From the NCBI GenBank assembly GCA_031291995.1, contig JARLHZ010000016.1:1-54148 (forward strand): 54,148 nt of DNA, given 5' to 3'. The position numbers and the translations under genes are program-made. Shown here in pieces: positions 8,756 to 18,445 of this stretch. The DNA is from Candidatus Doudnabacteria bacterium. GTDB lineage: Bacteria; Patescibacteriota; Doudnabacteria; UBA920. The notes beneath the pieces are model-generated. The model saw only the letters and a list, made by a program, of their open reading frames with translations, was not told the DNA's origin and made no database searches. Within the stretch, counting starts at the first letter, position 1, and the number at the start of each line of letters is the position of its first letter.

Positions 8756-9319
8756 TTAGTGCGTGAGCTTATAAACCTCAACCCATTGGTTGCTAATAAG
8801 TTCCTGGGCTTCCGGCAGGCTGATTTGGCCGGAACAAAGCTTGTCATGAAGAAAATTTTCTACTTCGTCTTTTTCATGAAACCCTGGCTTTGGTTCAGCC
8901 GCTTCCGGCCACAAGTTGGCAATATCATTGGAGCCGCCAAGCTCCAGGCTGATATAATGGTCAACTTCATACTGTCCGGCGGCATGGGCTGTAATGCCAT
9001 ATTCAGCATAAACTTGATTTTTAGTAGATTCTGAAACGTCCCTGGTTGATTTGCTGTAGCCCGAACTACAGATTTGGTCCTTGGTAGCAGTGGCAATAAT
9101 GGCTCCTGGGGTACAGGATGAATCGGGCAACGCACCGCTGATTACGCAATTATTAGTCTTAGTCCTTGGCGCTAAATGAAATTGCTGGGTTACTAATTGG
9201 TGAAGTTTTTTCAACTGTTCCGCCGACTTATACTGGTTCACGCCGTAGCTTACCCCTAAAACAGCGGCAATAACAGCCACGCTTAATACTATTTTATGTT
9301 TGGTTTTGATTTTCATCAT
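8756..9319 (-). CDS. Membrane-anchored/secreted HNH nuclease-like protein
   Basis: N-terminal TM; YEVDHYISLELGGSNDIANLWPE. Confidence 0.75.
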   Translation of the reverse strand: MMKIKTKHKIVLSVAVIAAVLGVSYGVNQYKSAEQLKKLHQLVTQQFHLAPRTKTNNCVISGALPDSSCTPGAIIATATKDQICSSGYSKSTRDVSESTKNQVYAEYGITAHAAGQYEVDHYISLELGGSNDIANLWPEAAEPKPGFHEKDEVENFLHDKLCSGQISLPEAQELISNQWVEVYKLTH

Positions 9320-9351
9320 TAGGTTTATTATAGCCTAATTTTAAAATTTTA

Positions 9352-10317
9352 TTAATCGTATTTTAAATATTTTTCGTGCGCTTCTTTTAGTTTCTTTTTG
9401 TCGGTGCCAAGATAATATTTCGCCGTTGTGGAGATCGTGGAATGTCCGAGGATATCTTTGATAAACATAATGTCGGCGCCTTGGTGGAGCATTAGAGTGG
9501 CCATGCTGTGGCGCAAAATATGGGGCGTAACTTTTTTCTTGATACCGGCTTTTGCAGCGTAACGCCTGAATTCTTTGCCCAAATCGTGCCGTGTGAGCCG
9601 ATTGGAAGTACCAAAGGCTACAAACAATGCAGGCTCGGAATCGGTACGCTGTTTGAGATATTTATTAATCCATTCAATGGTACGCGGTTTTAGATATACC
9701 GTCCGCTCCTTATTGCCCTTACCAATAATATTTACTTCCAAATTCTTTAAATCCAAATCTTGGCGGTTCAAAGAAAGAGCTTCACCGATACGCATACCGG
9801 TGGCCAAAAGCAATTCCATAAGAGCCCGCATCCGCAAACCGTAAATGCTGTCCACATTAATGCTGTTGAGCAGTTGCTGGATTTCTTCCTTGTCTAAAAA
9901 TGTAACCTGACGTTTTGGTAACTTCATAGGCTTAATGTCCTCAATATTAATAATTGTAGCAATTTTTTGAATTTCCTGGCAGTAAGCCAAAAATTTTCTT
10001 AAGGCGAAAAGAATACTATTCGTCCTTGACTCCCCGGCTCCGCGTTCCTGAATCCGCTGCTTTAGCAGGGTTATATCTTCCAGACATAGGATAGACGGAC
10101 TCAACACTTTCGGTAAATGCTTCATTACCCACTTTAGAGACTCTCCATATTTTTGCACCGTCTGCGGTGACAATTTAAGATCGTAAGCTGCATAGCCTAT
10201 AAACTTCGGGGTCAACTCTAAAAAAGTCTTGTCTGGCGACTTACGCGGGGCTGTGAGTTCAGTAGCGCCAAAAGGCCTGTTCAAAAGCACAGAGCTGTCT
10301 AAGATGGCTGTATCCAT
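9352..10317 (-). CDS. Tyrosine recombinase (XerC/D-like) C
   Basis: GMRIGE, GKGNKER, HILRH, LGH, TTAKYY. Confidence 0.95.
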   Translation of the reverse strand: MDTAILDSSVLLNRPFGATELTAPRKSPDKTFLELTPKFIGYAAYDLKLSPQTVQKYGESLKWVMKHLPKVLSPSILCLEDITLLKQRIQERGAGESRTNSILFALRKFLAYCQEIQKIATIINIEDIKPMKLPKRQVTFLDKEEIQQLLNSINVDSIYGLRMRALMELLLATGMRIGEALSLNRQDLDLKNLEVNIIGKGNKERTVYLKPRTIEWINKYLKQRTDSEPALFVAFGTSNRLTRHDLGKEFRRYAAKAGIKKKVTPHILRHSMATLMLHQGADIMFIKDILGHSTISTTAKYYLGTDKKKLKEAHEKYLKYD

Positions 10318-10347
10318 AATCGTATAGTTATGACACGGCGGCGCAAA

Positions 10348-13176
10348 CTAAAAGCCGAGTTCCTTTTCCAATTCCGCTGATTTTCCATCATCGGCAGCAA
10401 TACCCAGGGTATCCTGAACCTGCTTTAATTGTTCTTCGGTAATGGTAACTTCCACGGCTGGCTCTTTTACCAACGGCAGTAACTCCCCGGTAACTGGATT
10501 ATAAGGTTTGGATTGGTCCGCACCGCCATACTTCGCCCACAGGGCGGCTACTTCGGGGAGAATAACAGAATCGGCCGCGCCTTCTTTGCCGGTTAGCGCG
10601 TACTCTCCTGATCTGCGGCCGGCCCCGGCTAGTTCAAGGCTAATGTAGCCCTTGTCTGTCAGAGGATCCATCCATTTCAGCACAGTATCATAATTCAGCT
10701 TAGTGCGACTAACTATTTCTGTAATGGTAAAAGTCAACTTTTTTGGCTCGGTGGACTTCTGGTTTTCCGCCACAATCGTTTTGGCAATCTGAAAAATCTC
10801 CTTGCACCTCGGCGGCAAGTCAAAGATAGTTTCCCGCAAAATTTTGTCCGCGATTATTTTAGCGATTACATAATCCGTTATTTCGGCGACCAGGTATGGT
10901 TGCCCTTTAATCTCGGTTATTTTCCTTTGATACTGATGGAAAAAAGCCGAAGCTTCAACCAAGGCCAAAAAACGCTTGTAGTCGCGACGCACGCGTACCG
11001 GCTCCGTGGGAAAAACCCGCCGGATTTCCTCTACAAAGGGAATTTGCACCCGCTCATAAATCTTTAAAATTTCAGGATGTTGGACCAATCGCCAGCCATT
11101 TAGTTCGTCTTCCCCCATTTCGCTGATACCGCGATATTTGGAATCTGTCATTTCAAACGTCCGCACGGTTTGGTCTTCGGACTCATCCACATACAGCGAA
11201 AAATTACGCGTTTCATTTTCGGCATGAATACTGGCGCTGGTCGTGGTGGTAATAAATCCGGTAGGGCCTTCAACTTCCTTAATCTCGACGTGAAAATTCC
11301 CGGTTTCCGGGTCCTTAACCGTCAGCTGTAACTTTAGCTTACCTTCGGACTGCAGGGATCTAATGGAGTAGTCCGTCTGTTCGGCTCCGTGCTTTTCAAA
11401 CAGAATAATCATTTTATGTTTATAGGCATCGGACTCTACGTGGTAAAAACTCCTGGCCGTCGCGTCAGTAATATCCACATACTCGCCGGGCGGAAACAAT
11501 TTTAAACACTGGCCGACGCCATATGATTTTCCCCCGCTGCTAGCTCCTTTGGCAATTACTGAGATAGGGCTACTTAATAGACGTGAAGTCAAGGCCAAGT
11601 ATGTAAGTAGCCAATTTTCGGACTCTCCCGCAACCAGCAATTTCGGACGCAAATTGCAAACGTCAGCCAATAGAGTCGGAGACTGCAGTATTTTTTCCGC
11701 ATCCTGCCGTTGCTCGTCTGTAAACGCAGGCTCTGTTGGCGCGATTTTTAATTCTGATAATCGTTTGAATTTTAACGCATCACGGAATTCAATAATCCGC
11801 CTGATGTCTAACAAAATAGCGGCAAAATCAGAAACTTCAACGCCACAGCCACGGGCAAACCGATTCCGACTAATGGAGGAATCAAAAGTAAGGTTATCGC
11901 AATACAAGAGTTTTTCTTGCCTGGAATATTCAATCGCCGCCTGCAAACCCTTATCGTCAGTATCCATAATCCTTTTAACAAAAAGGGAGTGACTATCAAG
12001 TGTTATGGTTAAACCGCCGCCGAAGTCTTCGATAATCCGATAACGTTGCAGGTCATCGGGCAACTGGTATTCCAGAGTAGTTTTAGAATCTCTAAGTAGC
12101 TGCTGGAAATCTTCTTTAGAATGGCCGGCCACGGTAAATTCGTTAATGTCCTTGCCGGCGTGGCCTTCCTTAGTCGTAAAAGCCGGCAAGGTAATAATTT
12201 TTGCCTTACTGCCGATTCTTTCAGCAAGTTTTAGTGGATCACTCTGTCCGTCCGTATCAAGACAAATGCCAATAGTATCGCAATGGGAAAATTTTTCAGC
12301 CAGACCATCTTTTAGCTGGTTGCCGAGCAAAGCAACGGCCGGCAGCTGCCATTGCAACAGGCTAAGGCAATCCGGAATTCCTTCGCACAAAATTACTTCT
12401 TTATTATCCCGTAGCGCGTCTTCGTTATAGAAGTAATCGTTGCGGATAAATTCATTCACCGGCAAATGGCGATTCTTGGCCTCCTCCCATTTATGCGTAA
12501 GCGTGTGGTCAGTTTTGCGGCCAGTCATATAGACCACTCGGCCATTCTTAATAAGCGGAAAAGTTATGCGAAATTGGAAAAAATCATGTTTTCCCGTTTT
12601 AGTATCTACTATCAAGCCTGTCTTAATAACTTCTTCTACCGTAAAGCCTAACTTTTCCAACGCGGGCATGAGTGACTCGTCCGGGCCGGCAAAGCCAATT
12701 AAATTTTCAATCAATAACTCCTCAGACCAGGCGCGTTGCTTCAATTTCTCAAGCACGTCTTTGGCCATAAAGTCATCACCCATAAGCCTTTGATGATATA
12801 AGTTCGCGGCCGCAGTGAGCACTTCCTGGCAACGCCGGCTTTGGGAAATCTTTTGTTCGGCTTCCGGGGTTAACGGTTTTAGTTCAATATGATATTCCGC
12901 AGCCAGCCATTTAATTGCTTCGGTTGTCGAACATTGTTTTATTAGCTCCACAAGATCAATGACATCGCCGCCGCTTCGACCTTTCGGTGTTTTGTCACCT
13001 GCAAAGTGAAACCATGATTCGGTCCTGGTATATATTCTCAAAGCTGGGGTTACCTCGCCGCGTGCGGTGGTAACATAATCAGCTCCCGACTTCTTCAAAG
13101 TCAATCCCAGCTTTTCCGCGACTTCCACGATAGATGCGCGTTGCTTGATTTGCTCAATGATGGAATGTGTTATCAT
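10348..13176 (-). CDS. DnaG-type primase (TOPRIM) fused to P-loop helicase-like domain
   Basis: FRITFPL...GR, LCEGIPD, LDTD TOPRIM motifs; GASSGGKS Walker A; C-terminal wHTH-like region. Confidence 0.85.
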   Translation of the reverse strand: MITHSIIEQIKQRASIVEVAEKLGLTLKKSGADYVTTARGEVTPALRIYTRTESWFHFAGDKTPKGRSGGDVIDLVELIKQCSTTEAIKWLAAEYHIELKPLTPEAEQKISQSRRCQEVLTAAANLYHQRLMGDDFMAKDVLEKLKQRAWSEELLIENLIGFAGPDESLMPALEKLGFTVEEVIKTGLIVDTKTGKHDFFQFRITFPLIKNGRVVYMTGRKTDHTLTHKWEEAKNRHLPVNEFIRNDYFYNEDALRDNKEVILCEGIPDCLSLLQWQLPAVALLGNQLKDGLAEKFSHCDTIGICLDTDGQSDPLKLAERIGSKAKIITLPAFTTKEGHAGKDINEFTVAGHSKEDFQQLLRDSKTTLEYQLPDDLQRYRIIEDFGGGLTITLDSHSLFVKRIMDTDDKGLQAAIEYSRQEKLLYCDNLTFDSSISRNRFARGCGVEVSDFAAILLDIRRIIEFRDALKFKRLSELKIAPTEPAFTDEQRQDAEKILQSPTLLADVCNLRPKLLVAGESENWLLTYLALTSRLLSSPISVIAKGASSGGKSYGVGQCLKLFPPGEYVDITDATARSFYHVESDAYKHKMIILFEKHGAEQTDYSIRSLQSEGKLKLQLTVKDPETGNFHVEIKEVEGPTGFITTTTSASIHAENETRNFSLYVDESEDQTVRTFEMTDSKYRGISEMGEDELNGWRLVQHPEILKIYERVQIPFVEEIRRVFPTEPVRVRRDYKRFLALVEASAFFHQYQRKITEIKGQPYLVAEITDYVIAKIIADKILRETIFDLPPRCKEIFQIAKTIVAENQKSTEPKKLTFTITEIVSRTKLNYDTVLKWMDPLTDKGYISLELAGAGRRSGEYALTGKEGAADSVILPEVAALWAKYGGADQSKPYNPVTGELLPLVKEPAVEVTITEEQLKQVQDTLGIAADDGKSAELEKELGF

Positions 13177-13178
13177 AA

Positions 13179-13811
13179 TTATTTAAGACTACTGTTAGCT
13201 TTTTCTGAATTATGGTCGGTTGTGGACTTTGCAGATTCGGTTGGCGGAGTTGGTTCTAAAAGCCCTGATAGTTTTCCCATGAGGGATTTAAGGACTTTGT
13301 CAGCCTCCAAATAAAAAAGGTGAAAATCTTTAACTTGATACTTATCTGGCACTAAGGCCTCACCCTCAACATGGGAGCTGCAGCGCCAGAGCATCTCGAT
13401 GGAGGCGGTGCGGTAAACCCTCAGCCAATCGATGATTTCGTAAATTTTCATTATCATCTTATCCTTGTCTTCGGGCTCTTCCACAAATTCCAGGGTATTT
13501 ACAGCTGTGTCAATAAACATACTTGCGTTATGCATATTTTTCACTGACTCCGATACAATAAAGGGATTTGCCACAACATCAAAGGTTGAGGCGAATTTAG
13601 ATTTACTGGTCGGCACATAATCAGGTAAATAAAGCTTCCCTTCTTCCTGAAACGCCGCGCTCGGATCAAATGTTTTTACTATAACCACGGAGACCCCCGG
13701 GCGGGCTTGGCCTGATTTAATAGAGACCGAAAGTTGATCCGGCGTGGTCGTTGCCTTGTGATCTTTATCTCGATTAGATTTATTGGCTACTGGCTTTAGA
13801 ATTTTGTCCAT
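13179..13811 (-). CDS. Hypothetical protein
   Basis: Abuts primase gene; ATG 13811 preceded by AAAGAAAGGT. Confidence 0.65.
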   Translation of the reverse strand: MDKILKPVANKSNRDKDHKATTTPDQLSVSIKSGQARPGVSVVIVKTFDPSAAFQEEGKLYLPDYVPTSKSKFASTFDVVANPFIVSESVKNMHNASMFIDTAVNTLEFVEEPEDKDKMIMKIYEIIDWLRVYRTASIEMLWRCSSHVEGEALVPDKYQVKDFHLFYLEADKVLKSLMGKLSGLLEPTPPTESAKSTTDHNSEKANSSLK

Positions 13812-13892
13812 ATATATTACCTTTCTTTGTTCGGGGAAGGCACGCACATCGCTGGACGTACCTGTCCTCCCCGAACCTTACCTAAACCTAAT

Positions 13893-15074
13893 TTAATGAT
13901 TATTGTTTAACCTAGCCTTGGCAATATCCACATATCCTTGGAATTTTTCTATCCCGATAAATGGATGACCTAAAGTTTTGGCGGCTACCAAGGTTGAGCC
14001 AGAGCCTGCAAAACAATCCAGCACAATGCCATTGGGCGGCGTGATAAGCTTTATAAGATACTGCATCAGGGCTTGGGCTTTGACGGTGGGGTGGTTATTT
14101 TTCGTTGGTTTGGTTCTGGCCGCTTCGTTCTCTCTTGGAGCATTAGTCCGTATGCCCGCTTTGGCTTCCATGTTTTCTAGCCCCAAATCACGTTCGGCTT
14201 TGCTGGCCTTGGCGCAATAAAAGAATCTGGCTTTAGGTAACTCCGCCAGCACTATCGGCGAGCCATCGTGAATCAAATTAGCAGGGAAGCGTCCTTTAGT
14301 GTTCCATAGACCCTGCTTTTCAATTTTCTTTTTTTTAAGATTCCAGCTATACCTGCCCGTGCCGCTTCGTTGACCATATTCAGCCGAGATAACTTCATCA
14401 GTTTCCACCCGGCAAGCGTCAATATTTAAGCCGCCAACATCCCACTTTAAAACATTCTCCGCTATTGTCTTTTCGCTTAACGGCTTTCGCGCCAACAGCC
14501 AATGCTCTACGGCGGGCTTTAAGGCTGTACCCCAACCCTGCCACTGTTTAGCTGATTCGCTAATGGGCGTGTTCTTTGGGTGCTTAACCTCTTGTTTTCT
14601 GTCAATCGCTTTGGAGATATTAAGGCTCTTGGGAAATCCGGTGCCAAATAAATGGTGCTGAATATCTCTAATTTCAAACCCAGCATTCTCTAAAGCAAAT
14701 GCCGTCCAATGAGAAGTTCTTGGCAAAGCCCATACCAAAGCGTGCCCGCCAGGTTTTAAAACCCTATTACATTCACACAGAATCCTTGCCAGCCATTCAA
14801 TCCATTTATCACGACCTCCTTTGTCGCTGTCCCATTCTTTATTCATAAAGCCAATTCCAGCCGGGGGATCAGTCACCACGCTGTCTATGGAGTTATCGGG
14901 AATAAGCTTTAATACTTCCAAGCAATCTCCGATGGTAACATTATTTATAAATTTTTTACCATGTAAAACACGGCCAGCCAACTCAACAAGCTTAGCTCGC
15001 GCTAGTAGTTGACCGGGACGACATTCCCGCCAAACGGCTTTGAATTCTTTTAAATCCTTGTCTGTTGGTTGCAT
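13893..15074 (-). CDS. N4/N6 DNA methyltransferase (beta class, orphan)
   Basis: VVTDPPA (motif IV variant), HPTVK, VLDCFAGSGST. Confidence 0.9.
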   Translation of the reverse strand: MQPTDKDLKEFKAVWRECRPGQLLARAKLVELAGRVLHGKKFINNVTIGDCLEVLKLIPDNSIDSVVTDPPAGIGFMNKEWDSDKGGRDKWIEWLARILCECNRVLKPGGHALVWALPRTSHWTAFALENAGFEIRDIQHHLFGTGFPKSLNISKAIDRKQEVKHPKNTPISESAKQWQGWGTALKPAVEHWLLARKPLSEKTIAENVLKWDVGGLNIDACRVETDEVISAEYGQRSGTGRYSWNLKKKKIEKQGLWNTKGRFPANLIHDGSPIVLAELPKARFFYCAKASKAERDLGLENMEAKAGIRTNAPRENEAARTKPTKNNHPTVKAQALMQYLIKLITPPNGIVLDCFAGSGSTLVAAKTLGHPFIGIEKFQGYVDIAKARLNNNH

Positions 15075-15077
15075 GTA

Positions 15078-15281
15078 TTAAAAATCTTTTAGGGATTTAG
15101 TATTAATCATCATCTGGCACAAGTACCTGTTATTATCTTTGCCTAACTTTTTGCTACAAATGGAGAGGAACGCCAGGGGAATCTCGGGAAAAAAGTCAGA
15201 ATCTTTCAACTTTTTAGCCCTCATTCCATCTTTTATCATTCTGTTCGTCCTATCCCACTCTTTTTTGGACACGTAGCACAT
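15078..15281 (-). CDS. Small basic hypothetical protein
   Basis: First ORF of the MTase-primase-recombinase run, 3 nt from the MTase start. Confidence 0.45.
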   Translation of the reverse strand: MCYVSKKEWDRTNRMIKDGMRAKKLKDSDFFPEIPLAFLSICSKKLGKDNNRYLCQMMINTKSLKDF

Positions 15282-15343
15282 AAATGACAGATTAATTTTT
15301 TAATTATCTGCCGTGAGTGTATAATTTGGCCCTGTGACCAAAG

Positions 15344-15365
15344 TTGCTAACGGTTTGCTAACGGT
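15344..15365. repeat. Tandem 11-bp repeat (possible operator)
   Basis: TTGCTAACGGT x2 upstream of the primase operon. Confidence 0.55.
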
Positions 15366-15375
15366 TTGGGTAAAC

Positions 15376-15404
15376 AAAAAAGCAGCCCGTTTTAGGCTGC
15401 TTTT
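15376..15404 (-). terminator. Intrinsic terminator
   Basis: AAAAAAGCAGCC-cgtttta-GGCTGCTTTT. Confidence 0.75.
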
Positions 15405-15420
15405 GACAGTAGTTAACTGC

Positions 15421-16230
15421 TTACGAAGGGGGTAATTTTACCCTTAATTGATGTTGATTTCCCCGTGTTTCGAAAACCTCAAATCCAAGGTTCTCCGTTT
15501 TTTTTGCCCTATCATTTAAATTAAATACTGTTGACCTTATTGCGCCATACTGATCTCCGGTTTCTTCAAGGGTTCTTGCCTGATCAGTACTACCTCTGAT
15601 AAATACCATTTCGTTAATCTTTTTATAGGTGACCCAATCACCAATCTTATAATCTGCCAGCCACTCATCGTCAGCTATACTCACGTGTGCTCCGTGTTCG
15701 TCCTCGTCATGGATAGGATGATTAAACAGGAAAAGACATAAATTAAGCGCATGGGCTCCGAACTGCCCGCCCCCCGGCCTTACCGACATACGTTTGTCTT
15801 TAAATCTAAATTCGTAGTCCCGAGGGTTAAAAACTAGCAGATGATAATCAGGGCCTGCCAGCATTTCCCGCAATCCGCTGTCCAGACGACCCAAATACCA
15901 ACCAAAGTCTTCTTTGTCATAAAGTAAATTTATCGTTCCACCGTTGCGATAGTGATTTTCCAAATCATCTAAAATTTCAGGTCCCCGAATCTCAAGCAAG
16001 GGCTGCCGTTGGCTATTTTGACCGTCGGCAAGACGGAGCAATATTTTATGTAATTCTCTTAAGTCGGATGTATTTAAACCTTGCCTTTCAGACTTACCAA
16101 AAGCTTCCCTAAAATCCCTTAGAGGAATCGTTATAGGCTCAAGGACACCTGGCTCATAAAGACGTTTTTGGTATAAAAAATTGCAAACCGCAATAAGCAA
16201 TCTTTTGTCTGGTATGTTAGGCATACCCAT
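15421..16230 (-). CDS. Hypothetical protein, possible C-terminal winged-helix regulator
   Basis: 269 aa; C-terminal helix plus beta-hairpin pattern (AIRSTVFNLNDR...FETRGNQHQLRV). Confidence 0.55.
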   Translation of the reverse strand: MGMPNIPDKRLLIAVCNFLYQKRLYEPGVLEPITIPLRDFREAFGKSERQGLNTSDLRELHKILLRLADGQNSQRQPLLEIRGPEILDDLENHYRNGGTINLLYDKEDFGWYLGRLDSGLREMLAGPDYHLLVFNPRDYEFRFKDKRMSVRPGGGQFGAHALNLCLFLFNHPIHDEDEHGAHVSIADDEWLADYKIGDWVTYKKINEMVFIRGSTDQARTLEETGDQYGAIRSTVFNLNDRAKKTENLGFEVFETRGNQHQLRVKLPPS

Positions 16231-16468
16231 ATTTTACCCCAAAATCGCCCATAAAGCCAAAGGTAGAAAAAATAAGCTTCGACCCATACAGAACTTGTAC
16301 CGCTGTCCCGCCTAAGGTTGCCAAAACAATATTAAACTTTACTTGTCTTCTGTTCATGTAATCTTACTTTTAAAGTAGGAAGAAATTCATTTTATAAAAC
16401 TGTAGTAATACTTAGGCGCAAGTCCCTTCAAGCCCCCACACCACGAAAACCTGCGGACTTACAAGAGT

Positions 16469-17140
16469 CTACCCCAGCTGTTTATAGACTTGGGCCACCA
16501 AATCAGGGCTTCTGTGCCATTTGTTGGCTAAATGCATAAACGCCCCCGCCCGCCTGGTATAGCGCTCTAGGCCGACGGTTTTGTCCATATAGAAAGGACG
16601 GCGGATTAAGCTTTGCATCAAATGCAGTTTGTCGCTGCGGTTTTGATAGTAAAGAAAAGCGTTAAGCTTCCAGCGCTTATCTACTTCCTTAATGCCGTAC
16701 CTAATCGGCTGACAGCAGTCAAAACACATAAAGTAAATGCAATCGGGGCGAAGGTACAACTTACCCGCGTGGCCGCAATCACACACCAGCCGTGGCTTAT
16801 TGCCCAGCGTGGTCGGGATGGTATCCAGGCGGATGGTCTGTTCTCTAAAATTTGTATTATCGACGCTATAGCGAATAAGGATATTAGGATTAACGCGGCC
16901 GAGTTGTACCTGAAAACTTATTAGCATATTCGCCGCCAGGCTTGGCTTTATAACTGCCGTAATGCCAACTTTACCGCCACCGCCCGCCCTTGGGTGTAGC
17001 AGGTTGCGGGTAAAGGTTCCGGCGGTAATGGCAAAACAATCCTCCACGTTAACTTTTGGCAATGACTTAACCGCCTTGTCCGGAACATATTCGCCATCTT
17101 CGTCATTTTCTATTATGTTGTCCCATAAATATTCTTCCAT
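16469..17140 (-). CDS. Hypothetical protein with zinc-binding motif
   Basis: CDCG...KLYL...FMCFDCC; SD AAGGAG upstream. Confidence 0.7.
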   Translation of the reverse strand: MEEYLWDNIIENDEDGEYVPDKAVKSLPKVNVEDCFAITAGTFTRNLLHPRAGGGGKVGITAVIKPSLAANMLISFQVQLGRVNPNILIRYSVDNTNFREQTIRLDTIPTTLGNKPRLVCDCGHAGKLYLRPDCIYFMCFDCCQPIRYGIKEVDKRWKLNAFLYYQNRSDKLHLMQSLIRRPFYMDKTVGLERYTRRAGAFMHLANKWHRSPDLVAQVYKQLG

Positions 17141-17451
17141 GGTTATAACTCCTTTATTTATATTTTAGAACTAGTCATTGGCTTGGGCAATTTTGAAAAA
17201 ATTTGGGTTCCATTTTTTTTGATTCCTAAATTTTTTATTCCATTTATTTTAAAAACAAAATACCTCTTTTTTATAAAAGTCTTATGGGCCTGGGCGGTGG
17301 GGCCAACTAACTTCAAATCCAACAACCGTATGGAACTGCCCACAAACCGCTCCCCATCCGGTTTCCCGCGCGACTTACGCGTGCCAGATTACCAATTCCT
17401 TTTGCTTGAATTATTAATGCGTAATTTCTTACGCAAAGGAATTGATAATAT

Positions 17452-17574
17452 ATGCAGCACAACATCAACTTCTTCGGCACAGCCCAGCAACTTAAGGACT
17501 ACACATCCGCCCTCGCTTGGCTCGAGGCCGAGGCCTGGGAGCCAGTTGACGGATGGCCGGACGAACATCATTAG
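17452..17574 (+). CDS. 40-aa microprotein (not in ORF track)
   Basis: MQHNINFFGTAQQLKDYTSALAWLEAEAWEPVDGWPDEHH*, upstream AAAGGA, downstream terminator. Confidence 0.5.
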   Translation: MQHNINFFGTAQQLKDYTSALAWLEAEAWEPVDGWPDEHH

Positions 17575-17613
17575 TCCCCATATTTACCAGCCGCTTTAAG
17601 CGACTCAACGGCT

Positions 17614-17650
17614 AAAGCCCGATGCCGTTTCCAAGTCCGGGCTTTTTATT
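17614..17650 (+). terminator. Intrinsic terminator
   Basis: AAAGCCCG...CGGGCTTTTTATT. Confidence 0.6.
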
Positions 17651-17663
17651 ATTAACCTAACTA

Positions 17664-17781
17664 ATGTATGTAAGAGAAAAATCGCTGTTCCCAATGTAAT
17701 TGGCCGCTCGACTACGAAGACCAGGAGAACATGAACTGTCCCGATTGCGGTTATTCGTGGGCTGAGAATGTAGAAAAATAA
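17664..17781 (+). pseudogene. Zinc-ribbon microprotein with one-base frameshift
   Basis: Removing one A from the run at 17677-17681 gives MYVRENRCSQCNWPLDYEDQENMNCPDCGYSWAENVEK*. Confidence 0.45.
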
Positions 17782-17849
17782 AAAAACAAAAATACCTTTG
17801 TAATGACTTGCAAGTCAAAAACAAAAACTTAATAATTAACGACAACTTT

Positions 17850-18065
17850 ATGAATAGAACTGTCACGGTGGCAATCCCTGACCATAACTGTCCTGGCTTT
17901 AATGGCTGCCCGGTATGCCGGGACTTTTTGTTTGCCCGCTCGCGTCAAAAATGGAACGCCTTGCAGGAAAAATGGTCCTTAGTCCGGCAACGCATGAACC
18001 GGCCATACCAGCCGGACGCGATGGTGATCGCAGCCATAATGAGTCCGGAAAAGGAGGAAAAATAA
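17850..18065 (+). CDS. Small Cys-rich hypothetical protein
   Basis: HNCPGFNGCPVC; its 3' end provides AGGAGG for the next gene. Confidence 0.6.
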   Translation: MNRTVTVAIPDHNCPGFNGCPVCRDFLFARSRQKWNALQEKWSLVRQRMNRPYQPDAMVIAAIMSPEKEEK

Positions 18066-18067
18066 AA

Positions 18068-18367
18068 ATGCAAAGCGTAGCACAAGTTCTAAGTTCGTGG
18101 CGTGGTAGTCCACTCACGGAAAGCAAAACTCGCGAGATCATTTTGCAGAGATTCGGACCCAAGGCCGCGGAAATCTATAATCCACGAACCAACGCAATGA
18201 CCTACAAAAATTGGCTTCGTTGCGGCCGGCGGGTTATAAAGGGGCAAAAGTCCATCCCCTCGGTCACAATCGTGGAGAAACGAAACTCCAAGGGAGAGGT
18301 AGAAAAGAAGTACGCTAAAGTCGCGCATCTTTTCTTTATCGCCCAGACAGAGCCAATCAGCCAATAG
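18068..18367 (+). CDS. ArdC-like N-terminal ssDNA-binding domain protein
   Basis: TYKNW...GRRVIKGQKSI...LFFIAQT; AGGAGG SD before ATG 18068. Confidence 0.75.
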   Translation: MQSVAQVLSSWRGSPLTESKTREIILQRFGPKAAEIYNPRTNAMTYKNWLRCGRRVIKGQKSIPSVTIVEKRNSKGEVEKKYAKVAHLFFIAQTEPISQ

Positions 18368-18445
18368 AATCAAATCGTCAGCTTGCCTGACTTAAGCGTT
18401 GCCGGATCGTAAACAACCGGCTCCAAAAAATAATATCCAAAATCT

